The notes beneath the pieces are model-generated. The model saw only the letters and a program-made list of their open reading frames with translations, searched no databases and was not told the DNA's origin. The translations under genes were made by a program, and so were the position numbers. This document shows positions 1 to 11,563 of a DNA stretch of 34,645 nt, one piece after another; the stretch's first letter is position 1, and each line of letters begins with the position of its first letter. Origin of the DNA: Chiloscyllium plagiosum. Its lineage: Eukaryota. The stretch spans positions 10,761,341 to 10,795,985 of the forward strand of contig NC_057719.1 of assembly GCF_004010195.1 (NCBI RefSeq), read 5' to 3'.

Positions 1-475
1 TGGTATTGTGTGCAGTTCTGGAATCCAGGGATGTGATAGCACTGGAGAGGGTGCAGAGGAGATTGGACAGACGGGGATGGTTTTCCTTAGAGCAGTGGAG
101 ACTCAGAGGGAAATAAATGAAATTATGGGAGCCATAGATAGGGAAGAAGGAAAGATTGATTCCCCTTAGTACAGGGATTAATGATGGGGACATATATTTC
201 GGGTAAATGGCAGGAGAGTTAGAGAAGATGTAAGGATAAACATTTTCATCCAGAGGGTGGTGGGTATCTGGAACTTAGTGCCTTTAGGGATGGTACAGGT
301 AGAAACCCTCATAACATTTAAGAAGTATTTAGATGTGCACTGGTGATGCACAGGCATACAAGGCTATGAACCAAGTGCTGGGAAATTGGATCAAAATTGT
401 TACGTGGTTGTTTTGATGGTATAGACTTGATCGGTCAAAGAACCTTCATCAATGCTGTAGATCTCTCTGACTCTA
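1..475 (+). mobile_element. CR1/HER1-like LINE 3' end (decayed)
   Basis: Starts with tattgtgtgcagttctgg...ctggagagggtgcagagga (YCVQFW/LERVQR-type CR1 ORF2 C-terminus) and ends in a ctctgactcta tail; homologous to the other CR1 copies in the window. Confidence 0.85.
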
Positions 476-957
476 AAATTTGTTTTTATTTGAGAGCAAG
501 ATGAAAAGCTTTAACAACATGCCCCTTTTTCAGAAATACTTAAATTATTTCTTTGTGCATCTTTGTTTTTGGAAGCTGTGAGAATGGTGAGAATGTCTCT
601 GTTCTGGTGCTGGTTTGGTAAATGCCTCTGCACCTTCATCTCACAAGCCTCTGCCTGCTTTACCAATGAATTGGCTATTTACAGGTCATATTTCCCCATA
701 TACTGGAGCAACACTACATGCTTTCAAAAATAATTATCCAATTAAACAAATAAATAGCTTAAAATTCACTGGGTTTCAATGAAATTGAATAATTTGAGGG
801 CTCCTAGTCAGTAGCTGCAGTGAGAGACCAAGTCGACAGGATATCATGAATGACAGTCTAAACCTATTTCCTTGACTATAGCTTTCTTCAGGCACACCTC
901 CCTTTTGAAAATGCTCTTTGGCTCCCTCTTATAAAAAGGGCAAAAATGCTCATGGAT

Positions 958-2012
958 TTTTTTTTCTCTCATGGGATGACAGCATCGCTGGCTGGGCAAG
1001 TATTTATTGTCTGTCCCTTGTTGCCCTTGAGAAGGTGGTGGTGAGCTGCCTTCATGAACTGCTGTAGCCTGTGTGCTGTAGATAAACCCACAATGCCATT
1101 TGGGAGGAAATTCCAGGATTTTGACCTAGCGACAGCAAAAGAACTGCATTATATTTCCAAGTCAGGATGGTAAGTGGCTTGGAGGGAAATATGCACGTTT
1201 TTTCTGCTGCCCTTGTCTTTCTGGATGAAAGTGGTCACGGATTTGAAGGTGCTGTCCATGGATCTTCGGTGAATTTCTGCAGTGCATCTTGTAGATAGTA
1301 CAAAGTGCTGCTGCTGAGTTTCGAGGGTGTAGATATTTGTGATTGTGGTACCAGTCAAGCAGACTGCTTTGTCCTGGATGGTGTCAAGCTTCTTGAATGC
1401 TGTTGGAGCTGTACCCATCCAGGCAAGTAGGGAGTTTTCCATCATATTTCTGCTTGTGTCTTATGGATGGTGGACAGGCTTTGGAGAATTAGGAGGTGAG
1501 TTTCTGGCCACAGTATTCCTAGTCTCTAACCTGTTCTTGTAGTCATTGTGTTTTTGTGGCAAGCCCAGATGAGATTCTGGTCAATGATAACCCTAAGAAT
1601 GTTGACAGTGAGACATTCAGTGGCGTAATACCATTGAAATGGAATTCATATGGAATACTACATGGAATTCATTGTCACAGAAAGCTGTGGAGGCCAGGTC
1701 AGTAAGTATATTTAAGACAGAGATAGACAGGTTCTTGGTTGTCAAGGGGATCAAGGGTTACAGGGAGAAAGTGGGAAAATGGTGCTGAGGAACATGTCAG
1801 TCATGATTGAACAGCAAAACAGACTCTATGGGTCAAATGGCCTAATTCCTGTTCCTATGTCTTATGCTCTTGAATGCCAAGGTGTGGTGGTAAGATTGTC
1901 TCTTATTAGAGATGGTCATCACTTGGCATTTGTGCGATGTGAATGCTACTTGTCACTTTTCTGCCCATTCCTGGATATTGCCAAGATCTTGTTACATTTG
2001 ATTATGGAATGT
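958..2012 (-). mobile_element. LINE-X (CR1/L2-group LINE) 3' end, interrupted by a CR1 fragment
   Basis: ORF 1149-1445 reads MMENSLLAWMGTAPTAFKKLDTIQDKA (non-LTR ORF2 C-terminus). The tail at 958-1050 matches tails at 10185, 20340, 26980 and 32620. Confidence 0.8.
1639..1870 (+). mobile_element. 5'-truncated CR1 3' end nested in LINE-X
   Basis: tggaattcattgtcacagaaagctgtggaggcc...tttaagacagagatagacagg...cctatgtcttatg. ttgaa occurs on both flanks (short TSD), and the 5' junction has reiterated atggaat. Confidence 0.75.
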
Positions 2013-2072
2013 TTGCCATTTTTTAAAAAGAATTAAGCATCAACAACAATAACAACTTTTATTTGCACAAGT

Positions 2073-2370
2073 TTGTTTTATTCTCTTGAATGTGAGCATT
2101 GCTGGCATTGGCAATATTTGTTGCCCATCCCTAATTTCCGCTGGATCTAAATAGCTTACTGACCCCTTTCAGAAGGTAGTGAAAAGCAACCTTACTGCTT
2201 TGGGTCTGGATTCACATGTATGTCAGACCAGCTATGGATGGTAGATTTCCTTCCCTAAAGAACATTAGAGAACCAGATGGGTTTGTACAACAATTGGCAG
2301 TGGTTAGATAGTCACCATTTCAGAGACTAGCTTTATATTCCAGGTTTATTAATTTAATTTAAATTTCACC
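2073..2370 (-). mobile_element. tRNA-derived SINE sharing the LINE-X 3' tail
   Basis: Reverse complement of the SINE at 19885-20215 (gatttccttccctaaagaacattagagaaccagatggg), with the tail ttgcccatccctaatt. Confidence 0.7.
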
Positions 2371-2508
2371 TAGGTTTATTTAGAAGCACTAGCTTTCGAG
2401 GCGCTGCCTCTTCATCAAGTGGTTGTGGAACAGGACCATAAGACACAGAATTTAGAGCAAAAGGATTACAGTGTCCTGGAGCTGTAATGACATATTAAAC
2501 AAATTTAG
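2365..2508 (-). repeat. Local copy of the PLE-B terminus including its hammerhead motif
   Basis: About 7 mismatches over ~138 nt versus 4975-5112. Minus strand reads TTGATGA-A-GAGGC-agc-GCCTC-GAAA-GC-TA. Confidence 0.85.
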
Positions 2509-2710
2509 GTTAGTCATTGCCATCATGTAACATTAACCTAGCAAAACGTGACAAAATAAATTATCAGACAACACGTGGCACTGAGCCACACAGTGGGGGT
2601 ACTGAGACAAGATGAACAAAAGGTTTCGAAGCAAGATTAGAGCGTATCTTAAAGGAGAGAAAAATAGAGGTGGAAAAGGGTTGAAAACAAGAATTCAAGA
2701 GCTTAGGTAG

Positions 2711-3376
2711 GTCACAGAGTCATACATTACAGAAGCAGATCCTTCATTCCAATCAGTCCTTGCCGAACATAATCCTAAACGAAACTAGTCTCATGCAGTG
2801 TTTGGCCCATATACCTCCAAACATTTCTTTTGGCTTTTAAATGTTGTAACTATATATGTATCCACCACTTCCTCTGGAAGTTCGTTCCACACATGAACCA
2901 CACTCTGTTTAGAAAAATTGCCTCTCATGTCTTTTATAAAACGTTCTCCTCTCACCTCAAAAATATGCCCCCTTGTCTTGAAATCCCCCACCCGAGGGAA
3001 AAGGCACGTGCCATTCACCTTATCTGTACCCCTCATGATTTTATACACTTTTATAAGGTCACCCTTCAAGCTCCTTTGCTCCAGAGAGAAAAGTCCCAGC
3101 CTCTAAGAGTCATAGAGTCATAGAGATACAAACCCTCCATTCCCACCATGTCATGGCAAATCTTTTCTGAACCCTCTCCAGGTAAATAATTTCCTCCCTG
3201 TAACAAGGTGACCAGCACTGGACACAATACTTCAGAAGAGGCCTCACCAACATCCAGTACAACCTCAACATGATTACCCAACTCCATTACTCAAAGGTCT
3301 GAGCAATGAAGGCAAGCTTGCTAAAAGCCTTCTTAACCACCCTGTGTACATGTGACACAAACTTCAAAGAATTATA
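2711..3376 (-). mobile_element. CR1/HER1-like LINE 3' fragments
   Basis: ORF MKGDLIKVYKIMRG...WNELPEEVV; gagtcata tail repeats at about 2717 and 3107. Confidence 0.9.
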
Positions 3377-3377
3377 G

Positions 3378-3680
3378 ATAGATAGATTACTTACAGTATG
3401 GAAACAGGCCCTTCAGCCCAACAAGTCCACACCGACTCTCCTAAGAACAACCCACCCAGACCCATTCCCCTACATTTACCCCTACACCTAACACTACGGG
3501 CAATTTAGCATGGCCAATTCACCTAACCTGCACATTTTTGGACTGTGGGAGGAAACCAGAGCACACCCACACAGACACGGGGAGAATGTGCAAACTTCAC
3601 ACAGACAGTTGCCTGAGGGGGGAATTGAACCCAGGTCTCTGGCGCTGTGAGGTAGCAATGCTAACCACCGTGCAGCCAAC
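3378..3680 (-). mobile_element. HE1-type V-SINE
   Basis: tRNA-like head (B box GGTTCAATTCC), V-domain gtctgtgtgaagtttgcacattctccccgtgtctg, and an (atct)n tail. Confidence 0.9.
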
Positions 3681-4136
3681 TAATTATGATTAAAGGCAGA
3701 CAGTGATGTAAAAGTTAGGGATAATCCAAAGATCAGAACTGGAGGAATGCAAAGAAGGGACAGTTGTGGTACAGTTATAGCTGGGATTATATTAAAATAA
3801 ATTTGTAAATGAAAATAATAGTTTAGTTTATAATGCTCTGGTCTGTGATGTCACTGCTGCGATCTGAAAAATCAGGATTTTTACTATAAAAATCATGAAC
3901 TGCATTTTTCTCAAACTTAAACCAATCTGGATTGCCATTTTTCTGTAATGTTCATTTGTGAATTATTTAATCCCTCATAGGTCAGAACTGTCCACACAAA
4001 CTGAATGATTGCATCTCACAGTGTTTCACGATAGTTTTAAAAACCTTACTTGTCATCAGTTGTGATTTTGCTTCAATAGACGTTAATGTTATGTTTCCCA
4101 ATCTAGTATGAGGCAGATTTCTGCAGGAATGTTCTA

Positions 4137-4303
4137 CAGTCAGTTCTGCTACAAAATGGTACTTATAAGAAAATCGCTTAATAGCATTTAAACTAATGGG
4201 GCCGAAATTGCGTTATAACCAATACAGACTTTAAAACTTTGTGCTTTATAAACAGTGTCCCGAACTCATGAGTCATGTTTTAGTGTTACAGGAGAATGAC
4301 CTG
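4137..4303. mobile_element. Putative Tc1/mariner (pogo/Tigger-like) MITE
   Basis: TA|CAGTCAGTTCTGCTACAA ... GTTACAGGAGAATGACCTG|TA: imperfect TIRs flanked by TA. Confidence 0.45.
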
Positions 4304-4833
4304 TATTTGGATTGACAGTTCTAAGGCCAAAATGTCCCTAAATGCAAGGCAGAATTTTATTATTACAGACCTGAACTTTGTTGTGGCTCTATAACTCAGC
4401 TTAGGCATTAATATTCATTTCAGGGTTACAGACAGTGGGGGAGATTCACCAAACCCTGCAAACCAAAAAAGAACTGCAGATTGTCTGTGTTCTTTAAGTG
4501 GGGGTCCCTTAAATTCATTTCTCTTGTTAGTATTATTCGTGAACAAGGACCTTACATCTCAGTGTCTTCCCTCATCTGACGTGTGGTGAACCTCACATCA
4601 AACCATCACCAGTTGTCTTTCTCGAATAAGAGAACAGCCCTATGGCTTGATAGGACTGTGGCAACTTAGCTGTGTAGGATCACAAGACAGACGTGCTTGA
4701 GCATTGAATTTGAGCTCAAATGTAAACTCACATATAACCTTTATAAAACCAGCAGCACAGCAAAATGCGTTACACAGGGTTAAGTTAAAAATCATACAAC
4801 ACCAGGTTATAGTACAAGAGGTTTATTTGGAAG

Positions 4834-4975
4834 GATTGAGGCTCCTTCCTAATGAAGGGCTTTTGCCTGAAAGGTCGATTCTCCTGTTCCTCGGATGTTG
4901 CCTGACCTGCTGTGCTTTTCCAGCACCACACTTTTTGACTCTGATCTCCAGCATCTGCAGTCCTCACTTTCACCT
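4834..4975 (+). mobile_element. PLE family A mini-element (hammerhead terminus) inserted in the PLE-B terminus
   Basis: TSD aggtttattt(g/a)gaag (4819-4833 / 4976-4990); core CTAATGA-A-GGGC-tttt-GCCT-GAAA-GG-TC (mutated). Confidence 0.85.
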
Positions 4976-5409
4976 AGGTTTATTTAGAAGCACTAGGTTT
5001 CAAGGCGCTGCCTCTTCATTAAGTGGTTGTGCAGCAGGACCATAAGCCACAGAATTTAGAGCAAAAGGATTACAGTGTCATGGAGCTGTAATGACATATT
5101 AAACAAATTTAGATTAAGTCTTTCATTTTTTTAGAATGCGATGCGCTAGTTTCGGCTCTATAACATGTAAATCCCAGAACTCCTGTTCAGTTACATTCTC
5201 AAGATAGCTTCAGCTTTTCTAACAATAGGTGTCATCTCAGCTCAGACAATGCTTTAAAGGTGTGAGGTTAAAGTTTGTCTGTGCATCAATTTTCAGTCAG
5301 ACTGATTCTATTTCTCAAGTGGGACTTACAGACTTTTACATGGATTTATGCAGTTTTTGAGCAAAATAAAACATAATTCTGCAAATACAAATTCACCCCA
5401 TAAACTTAT

Positions 5410-5672
5410 ATGTGTGCACGTGCAGGAGAGACAGAGTGAGTGTGTGCATGTGGTGTGAGTGCATGTGAGTGCATCTGAACAAGTATGTATACATGTGTGT
5501 GTAAGCTTGGTCAAGTATGTGTCTGAGGATGATAGGGTATAAGCCTGTGAGAGGGTATGTGCGTGGGTGTGAGTATGGTGACTGCATGTGTGTGAATATG
5601 AGAGAGAGCTTGTGTATAAGTGTGTGTATGTGTGTGTGTGTGTGTCTGTCTGTGTGTGTGTCTGTGTATTGT
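5410..5672. repeat. Degenerate (GT)n/(GA)n tract within the PLE-B 3' region
   Basis: Directly visible; an equivalent tract lies at 21295-21550 in the other PLE-B copy. Confidence 0.9.
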
Positions 5673-5777
5673 GTAGTGGGGTCACCTGTTCTGTGACATG
5701 AACCCAAGGTTCCGGTTGAGCCCATTTCCATGGGAACTGAACTTAGCTATCAGCCTCTGCTTGGCCACTTTGCATTG

Positions 5778-5915
5778 CTGAAGAAGGGCTTATGCCCGAA
5801 ACGTCGATTCTCCTGTTCCCTGGATGCTGCCTGAAGAAGGGCTTATGCCCGAAACGTCGATTCTCCTGTTCCCTGGATGCTGCCTGACCTGCTGCGCTTT
5901 TCCAGCAACACATTC
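5778..5915 (+). mobile_element. PLE family A mini-element with a perfect 53-bp tandem duplication of the hammerhead core
   Basis: Units 5778-5830 and 5831-5883 are identical (CTGAAGA-A-GGGC-ttat-GCCC-GAAA-CG-TC); perfect 16-bp TSD ccactttgcattgctg (5765-5780 / 5916-5931). Confidence 0.92.
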
Positions 5916-6789
5916 CCACTTTGCATTGCTGCTTTTCCCGAAGTCCGCCTTGGAGAACGGTCACCCGAAGGTCCGAGGCCGAATGTCCCGGACCGCTGAA
6001 ATGCTCCCCTACCTGGTGATTGTTGTGTGGTGTCCATTTGTCCATTGTCATAGCGTCTATTCGTTCTCATCAATGTACCATGCCTTAGGATATCCCTGCC
6101 TACGCTGGCCGAATCACGAGTGCCTGCCGTGTACACTGTGGGTGGTGTCCACACGTGTAACGGTGGTATCTGTGTCGACACTCTGACACGTCTTGCAGTA
6201 GTTGCCGTGACAGAGTTGTACAGTGTTGTGGTTGATGTTGTCCTGAAGGCTGGGCAGTTTGCTGCGAACAATCATTTGTTTAAAGTTTAGTGGTTGTTTA
6301 AAGGCGAGGCGTGGAGGTGTAGGGAAGGTCTTGGCGAGATGCTCATCCTGATCGATAATGTATTGCAGGCCGCGAAAAACATGGTGCAGTTTTTTGGCTC
6401 CCGGGAAGGACTGGACAACGAAGGATACAGCCCGAGTCTGTCTCCTGAGGAGGTCATTCTGGTTTCTCGCTGTGGCACATCAGAACTGGTGGTCGATGAG
6501 TTGAGAGTTATACCCTGTTCTTATGAGGGCATCCTTGAGCACTTTCAGACGTCCATCATGTTCCTCCTGATCAGAACAGATCCTGTGTATGCGTAGGATT
6601 TGTCTGTAGGGGTTGGCAGTTTTAATATGTTTCAGGTGGAAGCTAGAGAAGTGTAGCATTGTGATGTTACACAGGGTTAATTAATTACACAGCAATTGTT
6701 GAATGTCACTTCAGTAAAAAATGATAGTTCTGAGCTAAAATGTAGATATGAAGAGTTAAAGTAAATAAAGCTGAAACTAAAATTAGTCT

Positions 6790-7990
6790 TTATTATTGCA
6801 GGAGTCTGGTTGCCTTGCTTGAGGAAATTTTTCTCAAATAGTTGTGCTCCAGAACTTACTGGTCCCCAGGCCAAGCTGTCCCGGTACAGTTACAGTTACA
6901 ACACTGGCTTCTTCCTGGCAATGTGGAAAATTGCCCAGATATGTCCTTTTTACAAAAAGCAGGAACAACTTAATCTGGCCAACTATCACACCATCAGTTT
7001 ACTCTCAGTCATCAGAAAAGTGATTGAAGATGTCATTAATAGTGTTATTAAGCAGTACCTGCTCAAAGACACCCAGTCCAGGTGCACTCAGCTCCGGACC
7101 CTATTATAGCCTTAGTCCAAATCAAGAGCTGAACAGAGAAGTTGAGGTGAGAGTGACTGCCCTTGACATCAAGGCTACATTCAACCTTGCAAAACTGGAC
7201 TCAATGGGAATTAGAAGGAAGACTCTCTGCTGGTTGAAGATATACCTGTCACATAGGAAGATGGTTGTGATTGTTGGAGGTCATCCATCTCAGCTCCAGG
7301 ACTTCCTTATTGGAGTTCCTCAGGGCAGTGTCCTAGGTCCAACCAATGACCTTCCCTCTATCATAAGGTCAGAATTGGGGATATTTGTCGATGATTACAC
7401 AATGTTCAGCACCATTTATGACTCCTTAGGTACTGAAGGAGTCCACATCTCTTTGCAGTGAGATCTGGACTGACAAGTGACAAGTACCATTTGCACTATA
7501 TAAGTGAGAGGCAACGATCATCTTCAAATAGAGAGAATCTAACCATTGCCCTTGGCATTAAATGGCAGTACAATCACTGAATCGCCCACTAACAACATCC
7601 TGAGGGTTAACTTTGACCAGAAACGCAACTGGACTAGCCATATAAATACTGTGACTGTCGGAGCACGTTAGAGGTCAGGAACCCTGCAGCAGGTAGCTCA
7701 TCTCCTGATTCACTAAGGCTTTCCACCATCTACAAGGTATAAGTCAGGAGTGTGCTGGAATACACCCCACTTGCCTGGTTGGGTGCACCCCCCAATGACA
7801 CTCAGGAACCTTGACACCTTCCAGGACAAAGCAGGCCACTGATTGGCACTACATCCACAAATGTTCATTCCTTCCACCATCAATGCTCAGCATTCATCCA
7901 GGCTCCTTAGACAGCACCTTCCAAACTCACGGACACTACCATCTTGAAGGACAGGAGCAGCAGATACCTGGGAACACCACCACCTCCAAC
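6790..7990 (+). mobile_element. LINE-X reverse transcriptase remnant (frameshifted)
   Basis: WKIAQICPFYKK..ANYHTISLLSVIRKVIE, ALDIKATF, GVPQGSVLGP and FVDD are non-LTR RT motifs. Confidence 0.9.
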
Positions 7991-8021
7991 TACACTTTCA
8001 TGACAGTAATTTTGCCTGTGA

Positions 8022-8120
8022 CAAACATAGAGATTGCTGGAAGAACTCAGCAGGTCTGGCAGCATCTGTGGAGAGAAATCAGAGTTAATGCTTTTAGTCC
8101 AGTGACCCTTCCTCAGAACT
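8022..8120 (-). mobile_element. PLE-type family C terminus with degenerate hammerhead
   Basis: Minus strand gttCTGAGGA-A-GGGTC-actg-GACT-AAAA-gcattaactctg...tctccacagatgctgccagacctgctgag. Confidence 0.7.
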
Positions 8121-8689
8121 TTGCCTGTCTGGTGATGATTGGACAGTACAAATGCTGATCTGTTACTTTTACAAATTTCAACCCAACCATTTTTTAACTT
8201 CAGCTCCCTCTTCAGAAATGAAAATATCTGCCAGAGTCAGCATGTCTAATGTGCACGATTACAGTTAATTAATGTTCATTCTTGAGTATCCAAGCACAGA
8301 ATAAAGGATGCAATATCACTTCTAGATCCTGGAGCAGATACAGGTTTAGCTGTTCTGCTGAAAGCAGCACAATTGAGTGTTTTATAAGTCTAATATTATA
8401 TAAACTGGAATGGATTCACAAGTTGTTACATAAATGCAGGGTTGAAGAGTGAGATGACTTTGCAAAATATTATTGCCTTGTTGAAGAACTGTCCTTTCCA
8501 TTGCAATTATTTAAAGTGCAGTTTTATTTCTGATCAGCTTAATATCAGAACGATAGAATCATTCTCACACAGAAGGAAGCCATTTGGTCAATTGTTGCCC
8601 CTGCTGGTTCATATCAGGAGCAATTCATGGACTGGCCCTCCCCCCCCACCCTCTCCTCATATCATAGAAATATTTGTGGCACAGAAGGA

Positions 8690-9245
8690 GGCCACACTGT
8701 CATCACTGTCCAACAACCAGAACCATCTTCCTATGTGACAGGTATGACTCCAAGCAGCAGAGAGTTTTCCTTCTAATTCCTGAAGAAGGGCTCATGCCCG
8801 AAACGTTGATTCTTTTGCTCCTTGGATGCTGCCTGACCTGCTGCGCTTTTCCAGCAACACATTTCCAGCTCTGATCTCCAGCATCTGCAGTCCAAACTTT
8901 CTCCTTGATGTCAAGGGTAGCCACTCTCACCTCAACCTCTCTGTTCAGCTCTTGATTTGGACTAAGGCTATAATAGGGTCGGGAGCCAAGTGGACCTTGC
9001 AGAACCAAAACTGAGTGTCTCTGAGCAGGTGCTGCTTGATAGCACTGTTAATGACACCTTCTATCACTTTACTAATGACTGCGAGTAAACTGGTAGTGTG
9101 ATGACCGGGCAGATTGAATTTGTCCTACGTTTTGTAAAAAGGACATATCTGGGCAGTTTTCACATTGCCAGGAAGAAGCCAGTGTTGTAACTATACCGGA
9201 ACAGCATGGCCTGGGGAGCAGTAAGTTCTGGAACACAGGTGTTCT
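8690..9245 (-). mobile_element. Inverted duplicate of the LINE-X RT segment (about 6845-7280)
   Basis: Shares the exact string gaccctattatagccttagtccaaatcaagagctgaacagaga with the + copy; both ORFs read PYYSLSPNQELNREVEVRV. Confidence 0.85.
8775..8904 (+). mobile_element. PLE family A mini-element with near-intact hammerhead core
   Basis: CTGAAGA(8780-8786)-A-GGGC-tcat-GCCC-GAAA-CG-TT, followed by the family A tail ending ctttctcc. Confidence 0.85.
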
Positions 9246-9276
9246 TGGACTTCAGATGCAAATCCTGACAACCTTT

Positions 9277-9590
9277 AGATTAGATTAGATTACATTACAG
9301 TGTGGAAACAGGCCCTTTGGCCCAACAAGTCCACACCGACCCGCCGAAGCGCAAACCACCCATACCCATACATTTACCCCTTACCTAACACTACGGACAA
9401 TTTAGCATGGCCAATTCACCTGACCTGCACATCTTTGGACTGTGGGAGGAAACCAGAGCACCCGGAGGAAACCCACGCAGACACGGGGAGAATGTGCAAA
9501 CTCCACACAGTCAGTCGCCTGAGGTGGGAATTGAACCCGTGTCTTTGGTGCTGTGAGGCAGCAGTGCTAACCACTGTGCCACCGTGCTAC
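9277..9590 (-). mobile_element. HE1-type V-SINE
   Basis: A box TGGCACAGTGG, B box GGTTCAATTCC, V-domain and (tctaa)n tail. Confidence 0.92.
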
Positions 9591-9602
9591 CCTATAAATA
9601 GG

Positions 9603-9735
9603 GGCCGAGAGTGTACTGCTGATTCCTGATGAAGGGCTTATGCCCAAAACGTCAATTCTCCTGCTCCTTGGATGCTGCCTGACCTGCACACACTCTTGAC
9701 TCTGATCGCCAGCATCTGCAGCCCTCACTTTCTCC
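9603..9735 (+). mobile_element. PLE family A mini-element
   Basis: CTGATGA(9626-9632)-A-GGGC-ttat-GCCC-AAAA-CG-TC; a short inverted remnant lies upstream and aaatagg occurs on both flanks. Confidence 0.8.
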
Positions 9736-10184
9736 AACCTTCAAATAGGTTCAGGGTTTCTGCCTCTATCACCTTTCCAGACTGTGAGTTCCAGACTTCT
9801 ACCATACTCTGACTGAAAAACACTTCCACTCATCTCCCCTCTAAATTCATTTATCAATCACTTTGAGTCTCTGTCATCCAGTCCCTGACCCCTCTACTAA
9901 GTGAAATAACCCCTCCCACCCACTGCCCAGGTCCCTTACAACCTTAGATTCTAAATCCAATCTCTCCTCAGCTTCCTCTGCTCCAAGGAGGTCAACCCCA
10001 GGGCATTGATTCTTTCACCAATGCATTTTTCTAGTCCTGACCACATCCTTATTAATCTCCTCTGAACCCTCACCGAGTGGAGTTACATCCATTCTATTGT
10101 GAGGTTAACTAGAAATGCACACAGTTCTGGCCTAACTGGTATTTTATACAGTTCCAGGCTAACGTTCCTGCTCCAATTTTCTAT

Positions 10185-10395
10185 TTTTCATTCATTTGTG
10201 GGATATGAGTCAGTATTTAATGCCCGACCCTAGTTACCTTTGAGAAGGTGAGCTACCCTATTACACCGTTACAGTCCATGTGCTGTAGGTAGACCCAGAA
10301 TGCTCTTAGGGAGGGAATTCCAGGACTTTGACCTAGTGGCGGTGAAGGAACGGTGATATATTTTCAAGTCAGGATGGTGAGTGGCTTGGAGGGGA
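10185..10395 (-). mobile_element. LINE-X 3' tail
   Basis: Homologous to 958-1190. Confidence 0.75.
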
Positions 10396-11563
10396 ACTGG
10401 CAGTTGGTGGTGTTCTGTGCCTTAGTTAACAGAGGAGATTCCATATTCTTAACTATCTTATCAACTTGTCCCACTACTTTCAGGAAAAGTTTGGACAGAA
10501 GCTCAAAGCCTCTGACTTCCTCAACAGGTCGCAGTGTCCTCTTATCTATTCTGGATATCTTTGCCTTCTTTGACGTCCAAATGCATTGACTCAGATGTCT
10601 CTATACTGAGTTCCTTTTGCTACTTCTCTACCTGCCTGTCCAGTCCAATGTTAATTTCCTGCAGTCTTTGGACCACGATATCTGTTGTTGGATTCAGTGC
10701 TAACTTGGACAGACATGTTCTCTGGAATTCAATAATGTTGCTCTCTCCATTTTTTTCACATTGAAACTATCCTACTTAATAGTGGGGTAGTTAAAACCTC
10801 CTCCTATTATTGTCCTGCTGTTTTTACATTTCTCAGTTATTTACCCATATATCCACACCTCTATCACTCTGTGACCTTTTTGGCGATCTATGGTACAGTC
10901 CGAGTTGTGTAACCTCCCCTTGATATATTCCTTGGTTCAATCCATTTGACCTCATTTGCTGAGCCTTCCAACACCCTCCTCATGACTCTCATTGTTGCTT
11001 TGACCAAAGCCATCACCCACCCCTTTCTTTTTAATTCCCTTTGCTATTGCATCTAAAAACCCTGTAATTAGGAACCCTGAGCTATTATTCCTGTCCCTCT
11101 TTAAGCCGTTCCTGTTTTAGTTGTGATATCAAATTGCCAAGGTTCAATCTGTGCCCTCATCCCACTTGCTTTACTCGCTCATCTCCACAACTTGACCTAA
11201 ACATCCTGACAAACTCTTTCTCTTTATTCTCTAGCCTTTCTTTCCTCTACCTTCCAAACTCACTCGCATAATTTTCTGCCTTCCGTTTTCATTTCCCATT
11301 TTGTTTTATCTGAACTTACACTCCATTTCCCATTTCCTGAGTTCAAACCCTGCCCAACAGTATTAGCAAACCCTTCCCCCCCACCCTGCCATGACATTTG
11401 GCCAGGGCAAGGTGACAGGCTGCAAACATACTCAATTTGCACAGACCACACATCCCTAAAGCAGGTCCCAATGTACTAGGAATCTAAAACCCCTTTTTTC
11501 TTGCACCATGTCTCAAGCCACATCTTCATCTGCTTGATCCGGTGATATTTATGGCAATAGGAA

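Larger units (their letters stand above)
2041..3845 (-). mobile_element. Old L2-like LINE 3' end in three pieces (about 2041-2070, 2520-2710, 3690-3845)
   Basis: aacaacttttatttgc tail; ttaaaggagagaaaaatagaggtggaaaagggttg...gaattcaagagcttagg resembles antisense L2 ORF2 ends. Recognised by recall only. Confidence 0.45.
4784..6665 (-). mobile_element. Penelope-like element family B (5'-truncated; RT thumb, GIY-YIG remnant, HHR terminus)
   Basis: Perfect 15-bp TSD gttacacagggttaa (4769-4783 / 6666-6680). Minus strand encodes MLHFSSFHLKHIKTANPYRQILRIHRICSD...LKDALIRTGY and VGEHFSGPGHSASDLRVTVLQG; homologous to the GIY-YIG copy at 21568-22101. Confidence 0.9.

Noticed and set aside
3494..3679. Recurrent ORF WLALLPHSARD...RLGELAMLNC (also 18756, 27505; antisense 9300, 27512, 33474)
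   Set aside because: Chance reading frames of the non-coding HE1 SINE.
4704..5045. Recurrent peptide PEEGLMPETS..LLGCCLTCCAFPA
   Set aside because: Translation of the family A hammerhead terminus; conservation fits RNA structure, not codons.
5326..5731. His/Thr-rich ORFs (also 21277-21700)
   Set aside because: Microsatellite within the PLE-B 3' region.
5778..5883. CRISPR-like direct repeats
   Set aside because: Only two abutting units, no spacers or cas genes, eukaryotic context.
6810..7461. Active reverse transcriptase gene
   Set aside because: Frameshifts, deletions and stops; a dead LINE fragment.
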